From contig CP075492.1 in assembly GCA_021613535.1 (NCBI GenBank), positions 434,001-498,000 of the forward strand: a DNA stretch of 64,000 nt, in the 5' to 3' direction. Position numbers and translations under genes: made by a program. Shown piece after piece: positions 1-12,182 of this stretch (positions are counted from its first letter, which is position 1; each line of letters begins with the position of its first letter). A model generated the notes under the pieces. The model ran no database searches and was not told the origin of the DNA. It was given only the letters and a program-made list of their open reading frames with translations. Source of the DNA: Adineta vaga. Lineage: Eukaryota > Animalia > Rotifera.

Positions 1-1120
1 CATCCTTTTAAATTCGAAAATGTTTCTTGATTTATATAATTAGTTAATATCCGAAGATTTTTATCTTTTTTTATCAGTCGTAATTGATAAATTCATTTGA
101 AAAAAAAATCGATTTGATTCATTTAATGTTTCAATATTATTGATTCGAAAGATTGTATATATTGAAAAGAAAATTTCCTCTTCTTTTACAGATGGATTTG
201 TTAATTTCGAAGGATCAATTTTGATAGTAAATAGAATTGTTACAAAATATAAATCATTTTTATTATTTTCATCAGAAGTATAAGAAACTTAAAAATCTTT
301 ATTAATCGATATAAAATAAATAAATTAATAATTTTTTCATTTAATGAATTTATATTTTGAGAACTTTTTAATATTAAATTGTAGTTTATATAATAAAATA
401 ATTTATGAATATTTCAATATGTTTATTTAATAATATTAAATCGATCAAGAACGAGTTATTAAAAATAATCTTATTAAATGAAAAATATTAATTCAAATTT
501 TTTCTTAATAATTTTATTATATTTTAATTATTTTATATGTACAACTATTCATAATGTATTTATATCAAATTCATATTAAATAGAACTTGAAATTTCTAAA
601 TTTATTTAATAATATTTTTATTAAATTAATATTGAATATCATTGATTATTTTAATATTTATATAAATAATTAAAATATAAATTTAATTTTTTGTTTATTT
701 GAATATAGAATTTAAAAAAGAATATTTTTATCTATTTTATCAAATAATGAAACAATCATATTATATGATATATATATTTTTTTCTTTTCATTCATTATAT
801 TAATAAAATAAATATGATTTTATACATTGAAATTTAATCTTCTTTGATGACTCGTTTATTCAAAAATATAATGAAATTTTTGATTAGTATGGAAAATTAA
901 AGAAAATAATTTGTATTTTTAATCATGTTAATCAGATCATTTTCTTATTTATATTTATAGAAATTATGTTTGTTCTTTTTAAAAGGATGTAGATGTACAT
1001 TTTTTCTTTCATTTATTGAAATTTTTAAGATTTATTGATTTTTATTTTGATAAAATTGAATAATTTGAAATATTTTCATAAGATAACAAAAATGATAAAT
1101 CGAACTACAATTAATAAATC

Positions 1121-1177
1121 CAAGGGGGGAAAAGCGGGATATAAATCACTAAATCATAAATCGCTTTTTTCCCCTTG
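1121..1177. mobile_element. Minimal MITE of the CAAGGGG(G)AAAAGCG terminal-inverted-repeat family (hAT-type)
   Basis: caaggggggaaaagcg ... cgcttttttccccttg; same termini as copies at 10216, 13634, 40257 and 41735; flanking 8-mers match only 5/8. Confidence 0.6.
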
Positions 1178-1531
1178 GATGAATGACTAGTCAATATCTC
1201 TACACAAACATAACATCACATCAGAACAAAACACATTCAAAAGTAGAAAAAAGGACATTTCAAAGCAAGAGAACAATCTATACCGTCGGTCTAACCATAC
1301 TATACATAACATTGAACAGAAACGAAAAGAAGAACGACAAATCAAACATACCATATACATATACCAGAAAGAAGAAGAAAAAGAATACCCATAGCACGAA
1401 AAGACACACACAAAATAACAACAACAAATTATTCATATTATCTAAAATTTCCTATCACCATATAAATGCATCATTCACAAAAAAAATAAATACTACATAC
1501 AAAATAACCAAAAAACGACCAATATAAAAAA

Positions 1532-2086
1532 ATAAGATCGAAAACTTCCATATTATATAATAAAACTTCATAAATTACTACATTTTTCCATTTATTTATT
1601 TATTAGATTAAAACAAATCTCAGGTTTTCATATATTTATCTTATTATTACATATTAAATTAAATTATATTAAATTAAGTAGAATTATTTACATGAGTTAT
1701 AAAAGTAAGTATATTAGGTATTTGGAATAGATTTATCAAAATAAACAACATCAAGTAAATCTATTAATGGTGACACAATCAAAATCTATGTCAATGGTTC
1801 ATGTTGTTGCAAGTTAATGTTGTTATATGGTTACGTTGATAGCTATCATAGAAATTAAATAATACTTATTCAAATGAATGAATTCAACATCAAATCTTCA
1901 TTTTCAACTCAATTTTTACTTTTCATTTCATTTTCGTGCTTTCATGTTCTGCTTTGTAACATCAATTGTATAAGCAAAAAAGATTTTTTGGCTGGTAACA
2001 GTCGTAACAAAGTAAGATCGAAAACTTCCATATCATAATAAAACTTCATAAATTACTACATTTCTTCATTCATTTATTTATTAGAT
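1532..2086 (+). repeat. ~75-80 bp direct duplication (about 1532-1608 and 2013-2086)
   Basis: taagatcgaaaacttccata...taaaacttcataaattactacattt...atttatttattagat occurs twice. Confidence 0.8.
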
Positions 2087-2187
2087 AAACAACGAATATA
2101 CTTTAGCATGTCAGAACTTATAGTGCGAGGCATTTCCAGTAGAGAAAGAAGAATCTAGTCATGATATATTATCCTTATTAAGATTAA

Positions 2188-4347
2188 TTACAAACACGAA
2201 TTGAGTAGTACAGCAACAGCATTGTTATCGTGTGTCGCGACAGCTAAATCAGCTTTGTGCTTATTGGTAAATGAACCGATAATCATTGCTGTCGGATTGA
2301 ATCCCATGCGATAACATAGCGGCTCCTGAAATGTTCCATCACCATTGCCTAAATAGAAAAAGATACTATTTTCATAGCTGTTGATCACACCTAGATCCAT
2401 TTGTGAATCATTGTTGATATCATCCGATAGAATCCATATGGGTCGATCACCGGTTGGAAGTTGAGTCTGATTTTGAAAAGTTCCATCACCATTGCCTAAG
2501 AGTAGACTGATGTCGTTGCTGGCAAAGTTCACAACGGCTAGATCGAGATGGCGGTCATTGTTGAAATCATCGGTAGTTATGTAAGAGGAATAGAGATCAC
2601 CTCTGTATTTAACTGGTTTCTCAAATGTACCATCTCCATTACCGAGAAGGACACCGACAGCATTATTCGGGTCAGTGCTCCAGAGTGATACTGCCAAATC
2701 CAAGTTTTTATCATGATTGAAATCCGCCACTGCTAAACCACTTGGATTACCACCCGCTGGAAACTGTTCCTCATGCTTGAATGTTCCATTACCGTGACCA
2801 AGAAGTATGCTAATACTACTATTATCAGTATTGGCGACCACTAAATCTAGATAATGATCGTGATTGAAATCATCTACAACGATGAAGATTGGACTACGAC
2901 CAACATCATACTTAGTTTGATGTCCAAAGGTTCCATCTCCATTACCAAAGAATAGAATGATGTTATTTGATCTTCTATTGACTATGGCTAAATCTAAGTT
3001 GCTATCTCTATTGAAATCACCGACGGCAACTGCTTCTGGACCGAATCCCATTTTATAACTCCCGTGTTGATAAAACTTTCCACGTGATGTACCGAGCAGT
3101 ATACTGATACCATTTGAATTGCAGATCGCTAAATCTTGTTTCATATCATTGTTAAAATCACCCGCTGCTAGAAATTTAGGTTGAGGACCAGCTTCATACT
3201 TGGTGTACGTTTTAAATGAACCGTTTCCATAGCCAAGCAACACATCCACATTGTTGCTACCAGCATTGGTAGCAGCAATATCTAAGTGATGATTGCCATC
3301 AAAATCACCTGCTGCTATCCCAATCGGATCAACACCAATACTGTAGGCTGTTCGATTAGTTAAGTTTCCATGTCCATCACCGAACAACACTTTCACGTTC
3401 CTATCACTGAAAAGAGTAACAGCTACATCCAGATTACAGTCGCCATTCACATCGCCTAGAGTGACCGATTGTGGATTAGCTCCCGCTTCATATTGAACTG
3501 TGTCGTGAAACGTTCCATTTCCATGACCGAGCAGGACACCGATAAAATGGCCGATAAAAATACTCACTACTAGGTCTTCTTTACCATCATGATTTAAGTC
3601 ACCAATAGCAATCGTCGATGGAGTATTTCCAACATAATAGTTTGCGAAATTTTGAAAACTTCCATTTCCAAAGCCGAGGAGTATAACCACATTGTTGTCG
3701 TAATTATCGGTTACCGCTAAATCAACGTGTCGGTCACGGTTGAAATCGCCAACAATAATAAAGATCGGTGACAGACCAGTGGTATAATTGTCTCCTGATC
3801 GAAACGTTCCATCACCATTGCCAAACATCAGATAAACACCACCATTGTGGCCATTGGTTGTAGCAATATCTAGAATATGATCATGGTTGAAATCACCAGC
3901 GGTAATGGCCAGCGATGGAGGAACAGCTGTTATGATTGATGGACTTTGAAATGTTCCATCACCATTGCCGAATAAAATGCATACACCTTTATCATTGGTG
4001 GTAGCGATGTCTACTTTCTTATCCCGATTGAAATCACCGGTTACCATAAAGCTTGCTCCACTACCTGTTAGATAGGTTTGTTGCTGTTCAAATGAACCAT
4101 TACCATGACCGAGAAATACATTAATACTGCCGTCATTGGCGTTCGATACGGCCATATCTAACTTTTTATCATAATTAAAATCATCTACTATAACATAGAG
4201 TGGATAATGACCGGCGGCATAAACGTCAGGTGGATTATACGGTATCGCACAAGTCTTTTGTACAACCGATGATGGTGCCCCAATGATCGAATCAACAACC
4301 AACAACCACACCACAGCATTTTGGATCAAAAATAATGTACCATACAT
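2188..4347 (-). CDS. Secreted FG-GAP/VCBS repeat protein (14 repeats, probably two 7-bladed beta-propellers), intronless
   Basis: 719-aa ORF with hydrophobic N-terminal signal; 14 repeats of (G/A/D)DFNxDxxxD(L/I)A...(L)GxG(D/N)GTF. Confidence 0.92.
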   Translation of the reverse strand: MYGTLFLIQNAVVWLLVVDSIIGAPSSVVQKTCAIPYNPPDVYAAGHYPLYVIVDDFNYDKKLDMAVSNANDGSINVFLGHGNGSFEQQQTYLTGSGASFMVTGDFNRDKKVDIATTNDKGVCILFGNGDGTFQSPSIITAVPPSLAITAGDFNHDHILDIATTNGHNGGVYLMFGNGDGTFRSGDNYTTGLSPIFIIVGDFNRDRHVDLAVTDNYDNNVVILLGFGNGSFQNFANYYVGNTPSTIAIGDLNHDGKEDLVVSIFIGHFIGVLLGHGNGTFHDTVQYEAGANPQSVTLGDVNGDCNLDVAVTLFSDRNVKVLFGDGHGNLTNRTAYSIGVDPIGIAAGDFDGNHHLDIAATNAGSNNVDVLLGYGNGSFKTYTKYEAGPQPKFLAAGDFNNDMKQDLAICNSNGISILLGTSRGKFYQHGSYKMGFGPEAVAVGDFNRDSNLDLAIVNRRSNNIILFFGNGDGTFGHQTKYDVGRSPIFIVVDDFNHDHYLDLVVANTDNSSISILLGHGNGTFKHEEQFPAGGNPSGLAVADFNHDKNLDLAVSLWSTDPNNAVGVLLGNGDGTFEKPVKYRGDLYSSYITTDDFNNDRHLDLAVVNFASNDISLLLGNGDGTFQNQTQLPTGDRPIWILSDDINNDSQMDLGVINSYENSIFFYLGNGDGTFQEPLCYRMGFNPTAMIIGSFTNKHKADLAVATHDNNAVAVLLNSCL

Positions 4348-4644
4348 TTCGAATAAGTATGCAAATGAAATGATAGTGACAGTAGACGAATTCCTCTCTC
4401 TTTTATACTTTCATAGATCGCTAATGTTTGTCTAAGAACAGCAAAAGATAAATATGATCTCAAACGACAAAATGTTCTACTTCTTTTTTAGATTTACTCG
4501 ACTTTACCTATGCATGTAGGACAAAGTAGAATGAGTTGCTCCAGATCTTGAACGTGTATCGAAATGATGATATGTCTTTTTCTCTTATTAGAAGATTTCG
4601 AAAAAGAAATCATGGGACGAGGGTGTGTGATGGTAAGCATAACT

Positions 4645-4689
4645 AGCCATAACGCGTTTCGACTCCTCTCAGAGTCTCACCAAATAGCT
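4645..4689 (-). ncRNA. Degenerate minimal type I hammerhead ribozyme motif
   Basis: Minus strand reads AGCTAT-TTGGTGA-GACTC-tgagag-GAGTC-GAAA-CGCG-TT-ATGGCT: 6-bp stem I, 5-bp stem II, GAAA, palindromic CGCG mini stem III. Core CTGATGA is altered to TTGGTGA. Confidence 0.6.
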
Positions 4690-4871
4690 TACAGTACCTA
4701 AATCGGGCAAAAAAGTCTCATTTCAATTAAATTCTTAACAAATTCAACTAAAGCAAGCACTTTTTAATCAAAGTTAAGTATAAATGTACTTTTTCGAGAC
4801 AAAATCTTATATTTAAAAAAAATTGAGCAAATAAAATACTCGCATGTTGACTAAAATTTATCCATATATCA

Positions 4872-5604
4872 ATGACTTCTTCTCACCAGATGTCTATTTA
4901 CTTTCTTTATATTGTAATCTTAATCTCTTTTCTCTACATGCAAAAACACAAATATCTTCAGACAATCGATGCGATCATATTCGAACATTTTCTAATGCTT
5001 AGTTCTCATTGCTGCGATGATATCTTTTCTAAAATTATTTTTCTTTCAGATTCTTCACCAATTCGATATCATCAATTGTGCGTTGAACATAAGAATCGTA
5101 TTTGTTTTCGAGACGATATGTATCTTTGTATTTGTACAGAGAATCATAGTCAAGTCGAGTGTTTTCTGTATGACAATGATCTTGATCGATGTTCTCATTG
5201 TCTCTCAAATGGTCGTTGTTTAAAAGGAGATCCTCGTCAAAGAATTGATTTCATCTGCCTTTGTCCAACATGTTCTTCGGGTCGACAATGTCAATTTAAT
5301 ACAAAATCTTTCTCATTTACTCTAGATCAACCTTTCTCCTTCGATTTTCTTTTCTTATATTCTTTTTATCTCTTCCAAATAATTTCTTCTCGTATGTTAC
5401 ACTTCGTCAACCGTCTTGTCAACGTTATGGTGTTGGTCATTATCTTCTCTGGATGAGTATTATCAATCAATTTACTCGTATTATTTTAATCGTTCGTTTA
5501 TTTCATTTGACAATCGGTATGACTTTTTCTCAATGGTCATCTCCGTTAATCAATGATTTGTTACGCAAACTTTTCAATTATTTCCTTATTTGTTTTACTT
5601 GTCT
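4872..5604 (+). pseudogene. Fragment of an EGF-like-domain plus GPCR-like transmembrane gene, frameshifted and cut by a pogo-like element
   Basis: Cys-rich CSHCLSNGRC...FICLCPTCSSGRQCQF followed by TM-like pieces in shifted frames (RYGVGHYLLWMSIINQ...); ends at the TA at 5605-5606. Confidence 0.6.
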
Positions 5605-5606
5605 TA

Positions 5607-6884
5607 CGAGGGAACCGGCCCAGGTGATTAACGGCTTTAGAGCTCATACTTTGGGTACATACAAGGTACCTCTAGATTAGAATAAACCTAAAAGGATTCT
5701 TCCCCATGGCCCTTTTCTCCTGAGATATTAAATATTCAAGTTATGGAATAATATACGGCTTTTAACTTGATGCCACACATATCGAAAAAAGCAAGTATGA
5801 TAAATACGAATAGTTTTATATTAGAATAATCATTTCAGAAGTGAATATATCTCAACTTTTCTGATTCTTCTCTCATCTTAGTTATTCATAGTAATTTTTA
5901 TCACTTTCTTTTGAGAATCGTGACAACGATTTGTTTTTGGTCGTATGGTCGATAAGAGGATGATATAATAATCGCTGTCGAAGTGAAATATTCGTTTTCT
6001 AGTAGTTCGTTCTTAACTTTCCTATGGGTGAAACAACGTTTGATCCTGCAAGAATCGCGAAGCTATTGGTTGATAAAGTTGGTTAAAGACAAAATGCAGA
6101 CCGTCGCCAATTATTTAGTGAAGATAATTGACGATGTTTCCAGCTGTGTCTCTTACGAAGTTGAATTAGAAACAACCCTCGATCACGATGATGACGAAAG
6201 TCTGGATCCTTACTTTGAAGAGACTGACGATGACAAACTGCCGACTAAAAACAACTTCAGTCTGGATTTCATGAAAAAGTTAGTTGAATTTTACGATGCC
6301 CGCGATTCGGCTGGAAGAAAAAAGCATACATGGAAGTCGACAAAATATCGACTCGGAGCTGTCCCTCATCAGCAATAGATTACTCGTTTTCGTCATTACA
6401 TTGAACAGCATAGTACAAAACGAGGAAAACTGCAGATCGTTGACGACTTTGCTTATGACAAGTTTGAGGAAGCTCGAGAACGTGTTCTTCCAGTCTACGA
6501 TCATGATTTCAGGCAGCGGACGCTTCAAAAGGCTGCTGGAAATTCGATTCTTAACTTTCAGGCATCGGAACACTGGTTGAAGAACTTTAAACATCGCCAC
6601 CGCATTGGCTCTAGAAAAATTACAAAATTAGTCACTCGCCATCAGATGGAAGATTCTGCCACTATCGCTGTCTCTGCTAATTCGTTTTTTACAAACGTGA
6701 AGCAAGAGATGAGTCTGTATGCACCAGAAGAAGTCCTCAATATTGATCAGATTTGTCTTGAACTTGAAATGCACTCGACCCGAACATTCTCATATCAAGG
6801 CGAAAAGATTACTTTGGCTCGGTTTAGATCAAGACACTCTACAACACATTCGTATACTATTCAACCGATGATATCTCTCGCAGG
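5607..6884 (+). mobile_element. Pogo/Tigger-like (Tc1/mariner superfamily) DNA transposon, 5' part with a stop-interrupted transposase (about 6094-6884), truncated by a hAT element
   Basis: TA|CGAGGGAACCGGCCCAGGTGATTAA end resembles the MITE end at 14876; CENP-B HTH-like FQASEHWLKNFKHRHRI and DDE_1-type VLNIDQ motifs; in-frame stop at 6376-6378. Confidence 0.7.
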
Positions 6885-9800
6885 TAGAGATATGCGTGAC
6901 TACGATTTTTAGTCACGGTCACGATATGGTCACGAAACATCTAGTCACGGTCACAGTCACGGTCACGGTCACGATCAGGATCATGCAAAACACTGTAACT
7001 ATAAGATATCACATGTTTTTAAAAGCTCCCAGTCTTGGTTTAAAATACAATGATGGTAAGTGACGATATCTATCAAATGAATATTACTATAGGCGTCTTT
7101 TTTCTGACTAATAGTATTTTTCAAGTATCCAATAAATACTATCAGTGATTTATAGTTCAACTGAAATTAAAAAAATGGTTTTGAATTTTCTTTGATCGAA
7201 TGTTTAATTAGACTCTCTTATTCTTGGTTTACACATTATGGTTTCGGAACCACTGACACGTACTCAACTTGAACTTCTTCTAAGAAATAATGACAAGTCG
7301 ATCAAATTGAAAAAAATTGAACAGACTGCTCGTGGTTCATCGTTTTTACCTGCATTTAGTCTCATTATTGTAAATGATGTTACTCAAGGTTTTGTTTTAT
7401 GTGATAAATGTCGATCAATCATCACCTATAAAACTGCAACTGGAACTGGAGGTTTGAAAAAACATTTAATATCTTGTGAAAAAAGTATATCATCATCATC
7501 AAATACAACACAATCAACTCTTACGACGTATTATCAAAAGAAGAAACCACAAGTTTTACCAGAAAAAATTAAGAAACAAATAACTGATGCTTATGTCGAT
7601 TTTGTCGCACTAGATGGTCGTCCATTTGAAATTCTATCTGGTGTTGGTTTCAAAAAATTTCTTCAAGTAATTTACAATGTAGGAAAATCATCACTAAATA
7701 CTCAATCAATTACTATTTCCGATTTTTTACCTCGTTCTTCAACAGTAAGTATATTGCTATGTCTTTGAAGTGATGTGATTTTATTTATGATCACCACAGG
7801 TTACTCGTCGAATAGATGGAATATATGAATTTAGAAAAAAACAACTTATTACTTGGTGTAAAACACTTCATAGTTATACAGTTGTTGTTGACATGTGGAC
7901 AGAAAAATTTAGTGGTAAGTTTTTCTTTAACAATAATTCTTATAATATTTTTAATCGAAATTTAGGTGTACATTTTTGTGGTGTTACTCTTCGTGCAATT
8001 GATTCTGACTTTCATTTACATAATTTTTGTCTTTGTTGTAAACCATACACATTAGAAAATCAAACAGCACCTAATGTCCGAAAATTTATTGATGAAATAT
8101 TGGTTGAATATGGTCTTTCATTGAATTCGAACTCATTCGTTGTGATAGATAATGAACCTAAAATGATTGCAGCTTTACGTGGTGCTAATCATGTAGGTTG
8201 TAGTGATCATTATATTAATAAAATACTAGAACATTCATTTACTATATCGAAGAATAATTGTGTTGAAGTAATTCAAACATTTGACATTATTAAAGGTCTT
8301 GTAGCAAATTTTCGTCGATGTCATCGACAAGTGAAGTTGTCAAGGAAACTTCAAACGTATAGTGCAACTCGTTTTAGTGGAGTTTATTACATGCTGGTGG
8401 GTTACGTGAATTAGAAATTCACTAATTACTAAGTATTGATTTATAAAATATTTTAGAATGTTTTCAATTTAACTTACAACGAACTTGTCGATGCTTTCGC
8501 TGGTTCTCATAATGATGATTTTGAATCGATTGATAAAGATTTATTATGTCAAATATGTGATTTTCTTAAAGTGTTTGATAAAATTATTACAATTTTAAGT
8601 GACGAAACTCAACCAACAATTCAAAAGGTTATACCTTCACGAATGGCTCTAATTGATCATTGTGCACCAAAACCAAATGATGCATTAAGTATCATTCAAT
8701 TAAAAGATTTTTTAAGTAAGTGCTTGTATGCCAGTACGTTCACTAATAGAGTCCTGTTATTTACATACGATTCATTCATAAATATTTTATACAAAAATAA
8801 AGTGATCTTTACAATAACCTAACATATACGATCGAAGTATATAATAGTCGACATTGTGTGAGATCCACAATCTATATAAATTTTCACTAAAATTATCTAA
8901 TTATTTATATATCCTACGCGGTAACTTGTAGTCGAATAATTAATTACCAGAATATTCTTTCTCATAGCTATTTTTCTAATTTTTATTATATAGAAAACGA
9001 AATTAAAACTGAATGGCATATTTTACCTGAACATTTACTTTCAACACTAATTTATCCTCATTTACGAGATTTTGGTGGTGATCAATGTTTAAAAAATCAA
9101 GCTATTCGATTATTAAAATCAGCTGTTGATTCTACAAATGGTTCATCCAATAATGATCTATCCACTTGTGATTCATCTTCTTCATTAAATGTTGATATAT
9201 TTACAACAAATACACAACGTGATATATTATCTGTATATTTTGATAAACCACGAGCTGCTAAAGCACCACTTGATGAAGTACAAGCATGGCTACAAAATGA
9301 TTTTGATTCTGAAATGGTCGATGATGATTTATTATCATTTTGGAGAAGAAAAAAAAAAATTTTCCAACTATAGCTATTATTGCTCAAAAGGTATTAGCCA
9401 TACCTGCATCTAATACTTCTGTTGAGAGGTTGTTTTCTTCAACCAAAGTCTTAATTGGTGATCGTAGAACACGGTTGAGTACAACAAAAATTGATAAACT
9501 TATATTTCTTCGAAAAAATTTAGCTACGTTCAAACAAATGTTTGATAAAGAAAATATTTCAACAACGAATATGTCGAAAAGAAAACTTAATGAAACATTC
9601 GAAACAGATATCGATGATAATGATGATCATACCACGAAGAAAATTCAAGTTGTTGAAGAGGAAGATGATGATTTATTCATTGATGATGATTATGAATTCG
9701 AAGAAGAAAATTTAGAAGAAGAATTAGAGTTGTAATTATAAACTATATCGATTTATGGTATAGTTACTTTAGCATTGCTTTTTTGTTGATTTTAATTCAG

Positions 9801-10002
9801 ATTAATAATAAATATGAACATAACAAGAGCATATTTTTAATCTCGTTATTGAGCCCTAACCGATCCAGTTTTGATGAACCACGTGACCATGGCTAAAATT
9901 ACTCGGTCACGGTCACGGCACGGTCTCCAGCTAGCTGGTCACGATCACGGTCACGCGTGACCGTGACCGTGACCGTGACCGTGACCATTTTGCAGATCAC
10001 TA
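6885..10002 (+). mobile_element. hAT (Ac/Hermes-like) DNA transposon with imperfect TIRs and subterminal GTCACG hexamer arrays
   Basis: Left TAGAGATATGC; right end reverse-complements to TAGTGATCTGC (9/11). (GGTCAC)n at 6912-6973 and inverted (GTGACC)n at 9956-9986. No 8-bp TSD. Confidence 0.85.
7238..9735 (+). pseudogene. Intron-containing hAT transposase (BED finger, DDE, dimerization domain), one frameshift in a poly-A run
   Basis: CDKC...HLISC BED finger; DMWT, DNEPKM, CSDH, TRFS and SNTSVERLFS motifs; GT-AG introns at 7745-7799, ~7915-7965, ~8396-8456 and ~8716-8993; frameshift in the A-run at 9349-9359. Confidence 0.85.
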
Positions 10003-10215
10003 GTTATAGCGTTTTCCCGGAAATCCAAAAAAACATTTTCCAGAAGTTTCAGATAGTTAAAGCAATTATTCTAAACTCAATAAATAGAATTCTCAGTGAG
10101 TCCAGCATACCATGATTCAGATTTCGACCTTGCTCAGGGATCTCATCAGATGGTTTAACTCTGCGATAGTTGTTCGAATAATTCCAAAGAATCATAAACA
10201 AACTACACTTATCTA

Positions 10216-11843
10216 CAAGGGGGAATAAGCGGACTTTAAGCACAAAAGTACTGAAAAGTGCAAAAGTAGTTTAAAATACGTTAAAGTAGGCTGAAGTACA
10301 TAAAAGTACTCGCAGTATCGTTAAACTGCTGTTAATCTAAGAAAAAGATCAGAATAATAGTATGGAAAATCCGACAAGATACCTTAAATTAGGATTCGAC
10401 TATTTTCCAAAAATATTCGCTTGTGCCTTAGACCAAGATAGATCTCGGTGAGCTCTATCGAATGGTCATTTTACTATTCCAGAAAGGCTCTTTCTTCAGC
10501 TAGAAAATCTCAAGATACTACCAAAAAAGTTAAAGAAACGCGAAAAACTCAGTAGAACCCACGAAGATTCGCCTGTTCGCTAGACTATTCGACGAAATTT
10601 TGCATATCGATAGATTTCGAGGGGTTCTATCGAATGCACACCACATTTGTTCTACTCTGTAAAAAGATTGGTGCTCTGCTGAGCCTCTAAAAAGGTTCCG
10701 TGGTTACGAGAAAGCCTCCAGACATGTTTACCACTTCAAAAATATAATGAAAAGTTATACGAAGCCAACAAAGGTACTTTTCGTACAAAGTCTTCTTTTA
10801 GGTTCAAAACGCCAAAAATATGTTTCCGATTAGAATACAACAACATTAGAGTTTCACATAAAAATCTAATGGTTTCTTACTAAAGACTAATGTTTTTATG
10901 AAGTTTTATACGAAACCCTAGAAGTTTTGTATTTGACGACAATAGATATTTTTTAGTGTTCCGAACTTAAAAAAGGTTTCGCAGGAAAAGGATCTACTCG
11001 CTGATCTGCAAGTAGATCCCATATTGTTTTCGTACAATTTTTGATTGGTTTTTGAAACCGTGAACATGTCCGGAGACTTTTTCGTAATGACAGAATCCTT
11101 TTTAGAGGTTCAGCAGAATACCAATTTGTTTACACTCTATTGGAGCAACTTATAAAAGGCAAAATGGTTTCGGGGTGTGGGTTTAGGTATCATTATACTC
11201 CTGTTCATGACCCAAGCTCTCATCCCATAACATCACCCTCAAAATCAATGATACATAATTCTAAACGTCAATTAATATCACAATCACAACAGTATTCTTG
11301 TTCAGAACGAAGTCGCGCATGAAAGTTTTTACTTCTCTGTTTTATCTTTTCGTGAAACACGATCTGAAAGAGTGTTGAAGTGTTTCAGAGCAGAAATTTT
11401 GTCCTACTCCTTCTCCGCTCCTTGGCCCACGATCACACCACACACCCTCGAAGCAGCGAAACTATATGAACGTTGCAGGATACATGAAGGTTCATTGTGT
11501 TTCACATTTTTAACTCTACAAAAATTGCGCTAACAGCTTTTTCTTATTCTGCTTACTATATTTTTTGTATCTCTGTCGATCTATTTTTACATGAATTTAT
11601 GAAATATTTACTCTACGTAATGATTACTGTTTATTATTTTATAATTTGATTGAAAAAATCAAACATCTCAAAATTAGACAGGCACAGTATACATTTCTGA
11701 ATATAGTGGATAAATAAAAAATGTGTAAAAATGGCGCAAAGTAGTCGAAGTACTGAAAGTACCATAAAGTACCGTAAAGTATCTCGAAGTAGCTAAAAGT
11801 ACGTGAGGTCACTTCAAGCACAAAAGTCCGCTTATTCCCCTTG
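10216..11843. mobile_element. Non-autonomous CAAGGGG-family (hAT-type) element enlarged by nested repeats, including a foldback at about 10655-11140
   Basis: TIRs caagggggaataagcggacttt / aaagtccgcttattccccttg; AAAGTAC-periodic subterminal repeats at both ends; internal inverted repeat (ctgctgagcctctaaaaagg / cctttttagaggttcagcag). Confidence 0.7.
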
Positions 11844-12182
11844 CTATCAATACATATGTTTGTTATTGTCATAATAACTATTGTAATACAACTGTTTCGA
11901 CCTCTAAATCAACGACTTATATTTTATCTGTATTTTAAATAATAATTTTTTTAATGAAAAATACATGAATTTTAATTAATAGTCTATACAATACACATGT
12001 GCAATATATCTGTCGCTCATATTGATATTCATTTACACTCATATATACTCAACATGATCTACAATAGTAAATGTGTAAAACGTTTAGAATATTCAAATGA
12101 TGATACAAAGTATGGAATTGTTTATTTAATACAAGAAAAAGGTTCTTGTGAAAAGTTTTGCTTTATTTTATAGTATTTATAA

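Noticed and set aside
1-1527. Very AT-rich start and the 114-aa ORF at 1183
   Set aside because: Low-complexity sequence with no recognisable motif or consistent splice model
2188-4347. Bacterial contamination as the source of the VCBS genes
   Set aside because: Contiguous with spliceosomal-intron genes and eukaryotic transposons; the second propeller is a spliced terminal exon
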